DNA of 64,000 nt, from assembly GCF_000315625.1 (NCBI RefSeq), contig NW_005434669.1, forward strand, positions 345,238-409,237, given 5' to 3'. The notes below the pieces were generated by a model. It was not told the origin of the DNA. It did not search any database and saw only the letters and a list, made by a program, of their open reading frames with translations. A program made the position numbers and the translations under genes. This document shows, in pieces, positions 37,816-50,712 of this stretch (position 1 is its first letter; each line of letters begins with the position of its first letter). The DNA comes from Guillardia theta CCMP2712. Its lineage: Eukaryota > Protista > Cryptophyta.

Positions 37816-40800
37816 ATGACCATGTCCATGAGCAAGACGGCAAGCATGGCCACATCGCGAGCAGCTCGCGAGGAGATGATTGTACAAGAATCTCGAGCAA
37901 GGCGAGTCAAGTTAATCCAAGACGCAATCAACCGACGGCCGAGGATTCTCATTTTCTCTGTGAGGGCTTGCGCTATGTTTGTTTGGATCCATTGCTTTCC
38001 TGTTACTTTGATTCTTTGTTTTCTTTGCTCACCTGGCTCTCTTTGACTGGTTGCTTTAGGGATGCAAGCAGAACCACTCAAGCCTGATTCCGATTCAGAT
38101 TGCCTCAATGCACGATCAAGGGTCGTTCATTCTCTGCCTGTGCGTTTGATCAAGAACATACTCTCAACGTTGACCATCTTCCTCAGGCAAGAAGATGAAA
38201 TCAGCTCCGACACGATAGCAAACCTGATCCTGCGCAACTTCATCGGATCGAGGCTGGTTGACAAGAACACCATCGAGATCTCGGACGATCATAAGCGTAG
38301 ATCGATAGTCAAGGCTGTGTGCAGAGACGAGCTTTTGCAAGGCATCGAGGGCCCCGATCTATCCACTTGGTGCTGAACGTGTCCCAGGGTATGCCATGGC
38401 AAAGAGTTTGAGAAGAGAAGACAAAACAGTCATTGTAATAGTTGTTGCATTCTTTTGCCTATCTTGTTATGATTCCGACAGAAGCAATTGAAGTGTGACT
38501 GTTTGTATAGATATTGGATATCAGCGTTGACTTCAATCATTCTGATGGCAGCTCGCCCAAGGAATATCCACACATGCTGGAGCGAGCCTGTGTCTGACTT
38601 GCTCGCAGTCAACCATAGACCAGAACAACTTGATCTTTCTGAGGACTATGGTGAGGTAAGGGCGAAGGATACCAGCAATGGAACCTTTCATTCATCAATC
38701 GACCCGTTGCAGGAAAAACTTGAAGGGCCAAGAACCGGCGCCTCGCCTTGTTTTCATATTGAGGTTTCCTGGCTACTCTGCCATCAGTATCCGGCTGATT
38801 GTCGGTGCAGGAGCAACCATCAAGACCACGACTGCCCATGGCTACCTGGTGACGCGATCGCGTGCTTCTTCCCTTGTCCTCCCAGTTGTCCTCCTCTCCT
38901 GATGCGCCGATCGTTTGTCGTCTGACGATGACAATGCGCAGAAATGATACCAGCCCATGTTCGCGAATCATTGCTGAAGAGAGCTAGAGAGCTCCCTCCA
39001 AACTTCTTGATCTCGCGCCCAGGTCCCTCCGTTAGAGATTCGATTCTTCTAAGGTCGGTTCTTGTCTTACCTTACATGCAGATGACGAGTCTGTCCTCTA
39101 CATGAACCTGTCGGAAGGGTCCAGGAGCCTGCACAAATGGCATGCGCGCGATGATTTTTCTCGCTGTTCCGCTGACCTTGTGACCGCAGGCGGGATCTGA
39201 GTTCGTACACGTCTGTTAGCCAATTCAACAAGTCGAGCACTCCCCGGTCATTTGCGGAAGATCCTCTCCTGAGGGAGCTGGAGGGAGAGCTGGGTAGGGA
39301 GGTCCGAGCCAGTTCCTACCGAGAGATGTCTGCGGTGGAGAAGGAGAACCTCACACTTGACGTGCGGCCCGCGGCAAGGGCCTTGAAAGTGTCCAGCGAG
39401 ATCTTCAAGTTGAAAGACGTCAACGTCAGCGAGCTCAGACAGGCTCACATGAGGTTTCAAGTGTTCCTCTCCCAGCAGGACCAGACCAGGGAGCCATTTC
39501 AGGTGAGGAAGAAGTTTTCAAGATCAGCTGGGGAGGATTTCTCGACATGGGGGAAGATGCAGCTGTCAGAGCTGAATGCTGAGGAGGAGAAACTTTCTGC
39601 CGACCTGGCAGAGGAGGCGGCAGCGAGTACAGCAGGGCAGAGCAGCGTTGGAAGTTTGCAAGGAGTGGAGGCTAAGGGGTCAGGTGAGTTCGACGAGCAC
39701 GGGCAGGAGAGAAACGAGCAAGATTATCCGTCGCAAGACGTGGAGCAAAGCTCCGCTACTGCCTCTCTGCCGGCTGAACAACCCAAGTGAGTGAGAGCGG
39801 GATGGAAGGGAGGCTGCTGATCGCGATCCTGCAGTGATGCAGAGACACTTGCTTCCATCCCATGCCAGCTCGACCTCTGCTTGGGTGGAGCTGAGAGCAG
39901 CGAGCATTGCGGTGTGAACAAAGAGAGCAGCCTCTTGGGATCGCGAGGAGTTGACAGCCTGGTGACGGCTGGGACCAAGGCACCTGTACAGGTGGACAGA
40001 GGGACGTCAACGCAAGAAGAGGATGCAGCCAGCGGAGAGTTCAGAGCTGCTCAGCAAATCGACGAGGCCATAGCGGCAGGAGTCCAGAGTCGAGCCATGA
40101 CGAGTCATGCTTCGTCCGAGCTCGTCCGGAACTTCACAGCTTCCTGCAGTGGAAACGAACTTGGGCACGAGGCATGGAAGATCAGGGTCGAGCCAAATCT
40201 GCAGAAGATCGATGACCCGACGACCTACTACTTACACAACCAGCAGGAGGTTTGTGTGTCCTCAAAGTGTTCCCTTTGACCGCCCCAGCAGCAGGTCTTC
40301 CAGTCTGCTAACAGCATGATGGATACGCGAATAGACTTGGAGACTCGCTTCCTCAATATTGACATATCAACTTGTCAGAACCTCTTCGTGGATTTTGTGA
40401 GCCCCTTCCCCTCTCCTAACTTCCTCTCGTTCACAACTGCTCCATTCAATTCACTCTCCGTTTTCCTCTCCATCCCTCCATCCTCTCCTCTCTCCTCTTT
40501 TTCATATCCTTTTGGAATGATCTTCACTCAGGAGCGAACGCGGAGCGTCGCGTCCATCAACACAACGATGGACTCTAGGTGTGCGGGCGAAAGTTCTCCT
40601 CAACTTGACCGGGCAGGTTCGGAAGCAGACATGCGACAGCTACCAGCGTCACCATCATCATCAACGTCACCACCATCAACATCCCACGGGAAGATCGACA
40701 AGGAACAGCCTGTAACATCAGCTCCAGAATGCAAGAAGAGGCAGCGAGCGACGCTCAACAAGAAGTCCATCGCAACTAGCTGGGGCAACTTCAGGCTTCC

Positions 40801-41275
40801 TCCTGACTCCCTTGTCTCCTCCGACGACCATCCACCCATCTTCAAGCGGCGAGCTGAGTTCAAGGGTGAGGCCTGCGTCGGGCAGAAGCTCACCATCACG
40901 GCGAAACCTCTTCCTGGGGTTCAGATCAAGGTACCCAGCTCCTCCTCTCCCTTCACAACCCTCACTCACCGTCCAGGATTTCGTCCTTCATTTCAACTGG
41001 TACAGGATCCGTGGCGAGGTAAATCATTCCTCTGTCCTCCCTCCTCCTGAATGAGGAGGAAGCAGCAGGTAGCCAGCAAGTACCTCCCCGTCGAACAGAT
41101 CCAGCAGAGCCATCGAGCCTCCTACGTCTGTACCGAGCAAGACCGCGGCTGCGGCATCCTCTGCATCTGCTCCCCTCAGTTTCCTGACGGCAGCCTGGCC
41201 TCTTGCACGCTTGCTGTCACTGACAGTCTGGTGGAGGCGGAGGAGGAGTGTCTGGACTTCCCCGTCGTAGTTTAA
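37816..41275 (+). CDS. Multi-exon hypothetical protein ending in an AIR9-type Ig-like repeat
   Basis: C-terminal exons FKGEACVGQKLTI...FNWYRI...SYVCTEQDRGCGILCICSPQFPDGS match the A9 Ig pattern. Confidence 0.55.
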
Positions 41276-41325
41276 GATAAGATGTTGTCAGCAAGGTTCA
41301 TTTTCACTGGTGGCTCTGAATCAGA

Positions 41326-41807
<482 letters not shown>

Positions 41808-42256
41808 CCGTTGTCCTGCCCTGCCTCAAACGAACGGAGTCTCCCCGACAGATTCTTTACCACAATATCGCCATAGCAGGGTGGGGTACTACGAAATATA
41901 CCCCTTCGATATCCTTTATTTTCCTATATTATGCGGTAGGGGTGCATACCCTCTAAGGGATAATTCTAAGGGGGTGGTGTGCAATGGAGGGAGACTATCA
42001 AGAGTAGCGGCGACAGTCGAGGGCTGAGGAGCTGCAGCGGCGAGAGACAGAGAGGAGAAGGAAGAGAAGAAGGAAGAGAGGAGGGAAGAGGGAAGAGAAG
42101 AGGGGAGAGGGGAGAGGGGAGAGGGCGGGGGAGAGAGAGACAGGAGAGGGAAGACGGAAGGGGTGAGGGGAGCGAGGCAGAGAGGCAGAGATTCAGGAAA
42201 GACGGAGGGATGCATTGTAGCATGTAATCATCATCTCTTCTCAACGATCGGATTCA

Positions 42257-43747
42257 ATGTCGACCAGTCAACGTGTTCGCGTTGCCTTCCTTATCGCAGC
42301 ATCTTTGATGAAGTTCCCTCAAACTTGGTCGAGAGCCACCGAGCCCTGGGTTGAGATCCTCTCTCCTCAGCCTGCTCAGCTCTTTGTCGAAGGACAGTTC
42401 TCCTCTATCATGCTTCACTTCGTCGTCCATGGCGTCGAGCTGGGAGCGGACTCAGTAGCGGCGCACGTGTTTGTCATTCGCAACGCCATATCCTACGGGG
42501 GAGACGCCTTCAGAGGGAGGGAGGAGCTCAGATCCTCTCCCCACCATGTTGTGTTGGAGCAGGAGACCAAGCTGCAGCTCGATCACCAGTGGCTGGACCT
42601 CGGGCTGCACCAGGTCAGGGTCCACCTGGTGGACATGAAACAAGGTGAGGAGCGCCGCTGGCGCGTCGTGCGAGGTGACGTGAGGCAGGGAGGGAGATAG
42701 CGGAGAGCGCATGCTTCTTCGAGGTCAGGCTGCCGGTGGAGCAGGAGGAGAAAGAAAACAAGGTTCCTGCTGAAATCATGACGGACGCGTTCGAGGACAA
42801 GGTGGTTGAGCGATGGGACCAGACGATGGGGGAGAGTGCGGAGGAAGTTCTTGCGAGGTACTCGATGCTGCACCACGACATCTTGCATGGGAAGGTCCCG
42901 GAAGAGCAGAGGAGGTACCTCGTGCTCAACCAGCAAGCTGGAGGGTTGGGAAACAGGTGGGAGCCGATGGAGATCGAGTGGAATTCTCTTAATTGTGATT
43001 GTTGTTGGAATCTTCCTAATTGATATGAAATCTTCCGTGTGCCAGATCAAATCTTTCATTGAAAATCTTGCGTGATGGTGGTGTGACGGGAGACGCAGGC
43101 TCGGGAGTATCCTATCAGGCCTTCTATTCGCGATCTTGTCCAACAGGGCTATGCTGGTCTACTGGGACGTGTCCTCGTACTTGCAGAACGGGGATGTGGA
43201 GCATGGAGGGATCCGGTGGAACTTCAAGGATGAGGAGGAGATTAAGGTAAGTCTTGACTTGTATGTTGACAGCTATCAGTGTAGACCTTTCTCTCTCTGC
43301 TGCTCGTGTGATTGTTGAGGTTGAGCCTGCCGACTTTTGTTTGTGATTGTGTGCAAACTTTTCCTGTCCTCCTCTTCCCGTTTCCTGACAGCATGTGCGG
43401 GCCAGGAGGTGATAGGGAACGCGGCTCTCGAGGGGATTCACTACACTGACATGGGGGAGCTGTCGGAGTACCTGGTGTGCGGCCGCTATGACACGTCAGA
43501 TGATGCCTCGGCAGATGTGTCTACCATGACGACAATAAGGATCACAAACCCTCACTACTACATTCCCCTAATCATGAGCAACCCCTTCTATCGCCGCAGG
43601 TTGCTGAGTGTCTTCGGGGGGAAGCCCGCCCATGTGCTCTTCAACTACCTGTTTAAGCTCGTGCCCTACTTAAAGGTCTGTGATGGATGACCGGGGAGGG
43701 AAGGATTGTTGAGATCAGCAGGAGGAGGGAAGGATTATTGAATCTGG

Positions 43748-43825
<78 letters not shown>

Positions 43826-44968
43826 GCAGGATTGTTGAGATCAGGAGGGGCAGGAGCAGGAGCAGGAGGAGAGAGGAGGAAGAGGAAGGGGAGGGAAAGA
43901 GAGAAGGAGAGCAGCGGTGAACAGTCGCAAGGCAGAGGTGATGCTAGTAATGACTGACAAGGTGGATGCTCAGGAGAAGGTCGACGCAGCAAAATCTGCA
44001 TGGAAGGGGAAGCAAATGATAGGTGCAGAGCTGGGAGACGGCATGGAGTTTGAAGATGACGAGGATGTTGTTGCCAGGTCTGCAAATCAGACAAGCTCGA
44101 TCTTGCGGGAAGATAACGCTCGAAGGCGACCTGGGTAGATACACCTGATCGCATGGTGGTGGTGGTGATGATGATGATGATGAGGAGGAGGATGGTAATG
44201 GGGAGAAAGAAATTACGAAATGTCCTGAGATCGCTACTAGATGCACAAGAGAAAAACCTGATTTGAAAGTCACTGTGGTGGCAGGAAACCGTGTGTATAC
44301 ACATGCGTACATGACGCTGGTAAGTTGATTATGATGGTGATGGTGATGAGGATGATGAGGATGGGGAAGACGATAATGATGAGCAGAAAGAGCAGGAGGA
44401 GGAGGAGGAGGAGGAAGAGGTTTGACAGGCTCGAGCAGGAGCACGAGCAGCTCTTCTACTCCTGTGCTCGCTCTCTTCGTCGAGGTTTCAAGGGAAACGC
44501 CTCCTACTTCCTCGCCACCGACCTGCCACAGGAGACGAGAAAAGGTAGAAGGAAGATGTGCGGTGAAGGAAGAAAAGTGGAGGGCAGGGCGGAGAGGCGA
44601 AAGGCGAAAGAAGAAAGGAGGAAAAGGAGAGAGGGAGGGGGGAAGGGTAGCAGGTAGACGAGGATCAGAGAGACGGAAGAGGGGGGAGGAGAAACGAGTG
44701 GGAGAGAGAAGGAAAGGGTATAGAGGGCGCGGAGGAGGAGAATGGAGGGGAGGACCGGGAGGAGAGCAGAGGACCGGGAGCTTTGTCTGCGAGTTGCAGA
44801 AGGATCCGGAGAGAATGGATGGAGATGGAAGGGACGAGGAAACGAATTTGAACCCACTCCTACCCTGCTGTGATCGGGTCCTGACAGAAGCAATTTCTCA
44901 ACTGGGAGAGGACAAGCTCTTCTTCACGCAGCTTCCCGACGAAGATGTGATCGCCTATGTCCTTGTTG

Positions 44969-45014
<46 letters not shown>

Positions 45015-46475
45015 TCTCCTTCTCCTTCTCCTGCTCCTTTCCCAGCCATCTTCGCCTCCACCTGATGGTTTATCTCTCGTCAGGTGCATGCAACGCGAGC
45101 AGCCATGGAGGAAGGGAGGACGACGAACTTTGACGGCGCTTTCATGGACATCTGGTAGACTCCATGTCAAGGGCCCAGCATGCTTGATTGAGCTCCTATC
45201 AACCTCGGTCTTCCTCAGCCGATATTGAACTTCCTCCTCATAGTCAGCTAATGTTGATTTTCTTTCTCTGTCAGCTAATGATGATTTTGTTTCTTTGTGG
45301 CTCATGTTGAATTTCTGTCTCAGTCAGCTAATGTTGATTTTCTTTCTTTGTCAGCTAATCTTGATTCTGTTGATCCCGTCTTCTTTGCCTTGCTCTTGTT
45401 GAACTCCTCTCAAAGGCTTTTGAGCGAATGTGATGACGTCATCGCAACTCCTGCATCTAGCTTTGGCTACATGGCAAGCGCAAGGTTACATGCCTCCTCC
45501 TCCTCCTCCTCCTCCTCCCCGTTTCCCTCCTCCTCCTGCTCCTCCTGCTCCTCCTGCTCCTCCTGCTCCTCCTGCTCCTCCTGCTCCTCCTGCTCCTCCT
45601 GCTCCTCCTGCTCCTCCTGCTCCTCCTCCTCCTCCTCCTCCTCCTCCTCTTCCACCTTGTTCTGCTCCCCGGTTTCCTTTGGCAGTTTCCCTCTCTTTTC
45701 CTCTTCCTTTTGCTGTCTGCACCCTCTCCCAAATTTTCTCCATCTTCTTACACAGTTGTCTGCCATCAGATCAGGAAAAGCTCCTATAACTGTGAGCAAG
45801 TGGGGGAAATGTTTTCGGGCTATCACAAGGTAAGAGAGACCAAGTCGATTACGCAGCACATGATGATGCCAATGACGATGGTGCTGGTGATGAAACGGAG
45901 AAAATCACGCAAGAGATTAAGGAGATGATGTCAGATGATTGTGATGGAGGGAACTTCGATCTCTCATAGTTTGCTCCCTTCCCCTCCTCTGATGACCTCT
46001 CAGCGAGCCCTTCTCGCATGCCTGGCTGCTGGTGAAGACGGTCTCTTGCTTCGATCGGCGCATGCTTGTCCCGGAGTTCGACATGCTGTGCCAGGCACTG
46101 GCCCTCCTCCTCTTCCTCCTCCTAAGCCCTCTGCCTCCCTCCCTTCTTCCTCCTGCCCTTCTTGCCCCACAGTTCCCCACTCGCCCCTCTTTGCTCACCT
46201 TGTGCTGATCTATCCCACCATCCTGCTCCTGCTTCTTCCTTTTCCTACCGTTGGTGCTCCCTTGCAATCCCTTGCTCAGCTGTCCGATCCTAGTCCCCTA
46301 CGTCTTCATTCCCTCTCTCTCCCCTCCATCTCTCCCTGATGACGTCACACCTCAGGATTGTGTTGTGCTTCAGTGTCCATGTGGAGATCTGACTTGTGCT
46401 AGTCACTCGGAGGTACTCATGCTCCCCTTCCCCTGCCCTCAGCCGTTTGTTCTTTACCAGCCCTGCAACCCTTGA
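42257..46475 (+). CDS. GT37 (xyloglucan fucosyltransferase-like) alpha-1,2-fucosyltransferase with N-terminal Ig-like domain
   Basis: YLVLNQQAGGLGNRLGSILSGLLFAILSNRAMLVYW; HYYIPLIMSNPFY; IGLQIR; FLATD; AFMDIWLLSECDDVIATPASSFGYMA; CFRAITR; signal-like N-terminus. Confidence 0.75.
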
Positions 46476-46485
46476 CATGATACAG

Positions 46486-46497
46486 CCTTGCCTCCCT

Positions 46498-46573
<76 letters not shown>

Positions 46574-46596
46574 TCCTGCCTGCCTGCCTGCCTGCC
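46486..46596. repeat. (GCCT)n microsatellite
   Basis: Directly visible between convergent genes. Confidence 0.95.
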
Positions 46597-46837
46597 CGAC
46601 TGTCTCCATTGCTCCACCTGACATATCCTCACCCGACTTCCTTTCGCTCACCACCCCCGCTAACTTTGAATTCGCAGCCTCCCCATCCTCTGTTTCCTCG
46701 GCAAGTAGCTCAGGTACCCGGGTGAGCGGTCCCTTACTTCAATCAACAAGAGCAGCAAACGACTTGCATTCAGTTTCCTCCTTCCCTCTCCATCCCCTCT
46801 TCTCCCTCCTCCTCCTCCTGCTCTCATCCACCTGCCT

Positions 46838-48287
46838 TTACAGCAGCTTCAGGTGATCCGTAAGTCCTTTGAACTGCTGCTCGGGCGCAGGTCCGATCGC
46901 GAGCACCTGTCCCAACATCACGAGCAGCACACGAATTATTTGCCCCCTACAGTCCTGCTCCCCGCCGCTATCTGCGTCCTCCCAGCATCCATGACAATGT
47001 AAGTGATGAGGCCCTAGCAGGACACTTGACTGCACGACACACGCAGCGGATCCCCTCACCTTGGCTCCTGCCTTCTTGGCGATCTCCCACATCTCATCCT
47101 CTGCCTCACATTCAGCCCTCCTCCCCTCTCCCTCCCCTGCTCTCTCCTCCTCCNNNNNNNNNNNNNNNNNNNNNNNNNNNNNNNNNNNNNNNNNNNNNNN
47201 NNNNNNNNNNNNNNNNNNNNNNNNNNNNNNNNNNNNNNNNNNNNNNNNNNNNNCCCTCCCCTCCTCCCTCCCCTCGCTCCTCCTCCTCCTCCTCCTCCCT
47301 CCTCCTCCTCCCTCCTCCTCCTCCTCCTCCTCCTCCTCCCTCCTCCCCCCCTCCCCATCCCCCTTTCCTCTTCTCTCATCCCTCTCTGCCGTCCAACTCC
47401 CATCAGCCTCCCCTCCTGCCTCTCCCCTCCCTCCTATCCTCCACCTGTCGGGCATTGCACGCAGATTTTCGCCTACACGCTCCTCTCAGTCCGACGTTTG
47501 CAACACACAGGGACTGCCGTCTCACCTGGCCGAACTTCTCCCACCACGTCAGCGCGGAGGGAGCATACTTCTTCCCCCTCTTGTAAGCACCCAGCACAGC
47601 ATGCTGCCATACCGCCAGTGAGTCCTACCTCAGGGCAGCTCCACATGTACCCCGCATTGCGCGGCGATCTTTCCCTTGCCCATCTTGAGCTCCTGGTTCA
47701 CCACCAGCACCTGCCCACCCTCACGTCAGGAGCATTCGCAAGGTGAAAGGAGGAGGAGGAGGAGGAGGAGGAGGAGGAGGAGGAGGAGGAGGAGGAGGAG
47801 GAGGAGGAGGAGGAGGAGGAGGAGTAGGGAGAGGACGGGAGGGCGAGGCGAGGCATGTAGCAGCACTCACCATCTTCCCAGGCCCATCGGTCATGCCGAA
47901 GTCGTTGCGTAGCTTGTTGGAACCAGCTGTCAGGATCATTCAGCGACTGTCGACACTGCAGGAGGAGCTCTGGCGACCTCCATCCTCGTCCTCATCCTCG
48001 TCGTGCATCAAAAGGCTCTTCCTATCCACAGCAGGCGCGACAATCCTTGACGCCATGAAGCCTGCAAGTGCGACCGGAGCTGTCAATCCAATACCTCCTC
48101 CTCCATCCTAACCCGCTTACACACCCTTCAGCCCTCCCACCTTCCCTTCCTTACCCCCTCCCTCCTAAGCTTTCTCTCCCCCTCTCCCCCGCCCCTCCTC
48201 CCTCTCTCTCTCCCTCCCTCCCTCTCTCCCTCCATCCCTCCCACCTGCGCAGAACGACACGGCACATGCTGCCACGAGCCCCGCCAT
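46838..48287 (-). CDS. PTH2: Peptidyl-tRNA hydrolase 2
   Basis: Spliced [31 protein letters not shown]...WEKFGQAKICV...IVMDAGRTQIAAGSRTVLAIGPAP...LTDHLKLL-TAA; N-terminal hydrophobic anchor. Confidence 0.93.
47154..47253. other. Assembly gap (100 N) in PTH2 intron
   Basis: N run. Confidence 1.
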
Positions 48288-48439
48288 TCCAATGGCCCCT
48301 GATGAGAATCCGCGAAAGATGGTGGACCATCCGATAAGACCGCCGGTGACCGCCGGTGGCTCACCGGTGGCTGAGAAGCTTCGGAACACTACACTGAACA
48401 AGCCTTCTCAGCCCAGTTTATTAGCTCTAGACTACCCCT

Positions 48440-50712
48440 TCATCTACTGCTCGAAGACACTCTGACTATCACCCTGTCCACCAGCTCCTTGAAGTGCAAG
48501 CTCTCCGTCCTCGACAGACCTCCAACCTCCTCCGGCTCCAACGGAGTCACCTGTGCTCGCATACTTCCCCGCCGGCTCCCCCTCCTCCGCTTCGACTTGA
48601 TCATCAGCTCCACCATGTCCTCTGCCGTCAGCTCCTCCTTCAAGTCCCAGTAGCTTCCCTCCTTCTCCGCCTCTTTCAGCGCCTGCAGTAGATCCTTGAG
48701 GGTCGACCGTCCTTGCAGCCGCTCCCACGCGTCCTGCGCCTCGTTGTACACCTGATGGATCAGGTCCTCGCTCCCGTGCTTCTCCACTAGCTCCTGCCGG
48801 CTCGCGTAGCTGTCCATGACGATGGCGAGCAGCATGTTGAGGATGATGAGGGAGACGACGCAGATGTAGGTGCAGACCCACGCGAAGCCCATGCTCTTGG
48901 TCGTCTCGTCGAACGCCTTCAGCTCGCTCCAGACGCTCAGGTCCGCCACAAGCAGCTCGAAGCAAGTCATCAGCGAGTCCCACAGCGTCGCAAACTCCTT
49001 GATCTGGTGCCCGAAAAGCAGCGTCCCGATGCTCGCGAACCCCAGCTCGATCATCACAAACACGATCAGAAAGTGCACAATGTCGTTGGACGCCGCAAGG
49101 AAAGTCTCCACGATGATGGCCAGGCGCGGCTGAGCGCGGATCACCTCCAGGAAGTGGATCATGATGAGAATCAGGTTGACCGAGCACAGGATCCTGTACG
49201 TCCCCAGGTGGTAGATCACCTCCTGTATCCGATCCTGCCCCGATCCCGTCAGCCGACAGCCTCCCCCTCTCTCCTCCTCCTCTCCCTTACCTGGACCTCT
49301 GCCTCATGCTCCTTGAAGCTCTTCGCGATCTCCTCGCTGATCGCCGTCGTCTCCTTGAGCAGCCCCAGGTGCCACCAGAAGCTCAGGAACACCGACAGCA
49401 CGATCGTGCCCCCCGAGATCACGTCCCACACTCCCACCTCCCTCTTGGCTATCCTCTTCCTCATACGCATCCCCTTGTCCACCATCATCGCCAGCAGACA
49501 CACGTACCACGCTGCGTCCCACCCGTACGAGCTCGCGGGGTGGAGCGTGTACGGGTCGAGGATGACGGAGCCGATCTCGAACTCGTTCTTCACGTAGCCT
49601 CCTCGCTCCAGCTTCAGCTTCAACGAGCACTGCGTGAAGGTGCTCAGCTCCCCGTTGTACAGGGTGACGACGATCCGCACGTGCTCCGTCTGCCGGTCGA
49701 TCCAGTGCCTCGCCTCGAGGTACTTGACCTGCTTCGCGATCTCCTCCTGATCCCTCTCCGGGTCCAGCCAGAAACGGTACACATCCTTCCCCTCCTCTGC
49801 CGTGAAGCCCTGCGAGTAGGAGGCAGACTGCGAGAAGTCGATAGCCTTGCTGTACTCCTCCCCTCCTAGACACTCGCCTCCTTGGGCCGGGCCGGACGAC
49901 GGCACGTAGTCCAGCGGGGGGCAGAGCTGCACGCCGAAGGGAGCGCGGTCAGCCTCCTTGCCGGCGGGGTGGCACATAGAGCCATAGAAGGCGTCGAGGA
50001 GGTGGATCTGACACTCGACGGGCCGGGCGCGTCGCTGCTCGAGCCGGATGCTGCCGAGGATCTTGTTGTACTGCATCAGCCTGCCCCACTCGCTCTTGTC
50101 CAAAGGGGACCCATCGGGGGAAGTTTGCAGGAACGTGATGGGAACGAAAACAAATTCGAACCATTTCCAGAACTCTTGGACCTCATGTATCTCTGCGAAG
50201 TGAGAGATGGCCGCGTCGTTCCTGGCGGAGAAGAGAAAGACGTGCTCCACTGACTTCTCCACCAGGCTCATGCGCTGCACGTCGACGTGGTTGAGGACAG
50301 ACAAGAAGAAGGCGATGCAGGTGAACATGACGAGGGGAATGTGCCTGCACATGTCGCGAGAGATGGCTGTGCTCTCGAGGTGCTGGAGGAGGAGTTTGCG
50401 GGGAATGGCTGTAGCCTTATTGATTACATTGCTTGTCTGAGCGCTGGGGAGCAAACGTTTCAAGCTGGATTGTGAGCTGCTAAAACTGTTCCGGAAAGAA
50501 GCTCCGAGCCCCTCGACACTCTGTTTGATTCTTTGCATCGCATAGAGCCCCCGAAACGAACCGCTGTGACTGATCTCACTTTGCTCAGCCCCTGGCGGCT
50601 GGTTTGTTGCTGTAGCAGGATCAGGGTTGAGGGTGGGCTGTATGGCGTCAGAAATAACTGAAGCATGTGAGTTGGGCGCATCGGCCGCATCCATCTCCCC
50701 GTTATGTTCCAT
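48440..50712 (-). CDS. Polycystin-2/TRPP-like cation channel, copy A
   Basis: EFWKWF, NKILGSIRLEQRR, LEARHWIDRQT, TLYNGEL, FASIGTLLFG...EFATLWDS, IILNMLLAIVMDSY; intron 49223-49290. Confidence 0.92.
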
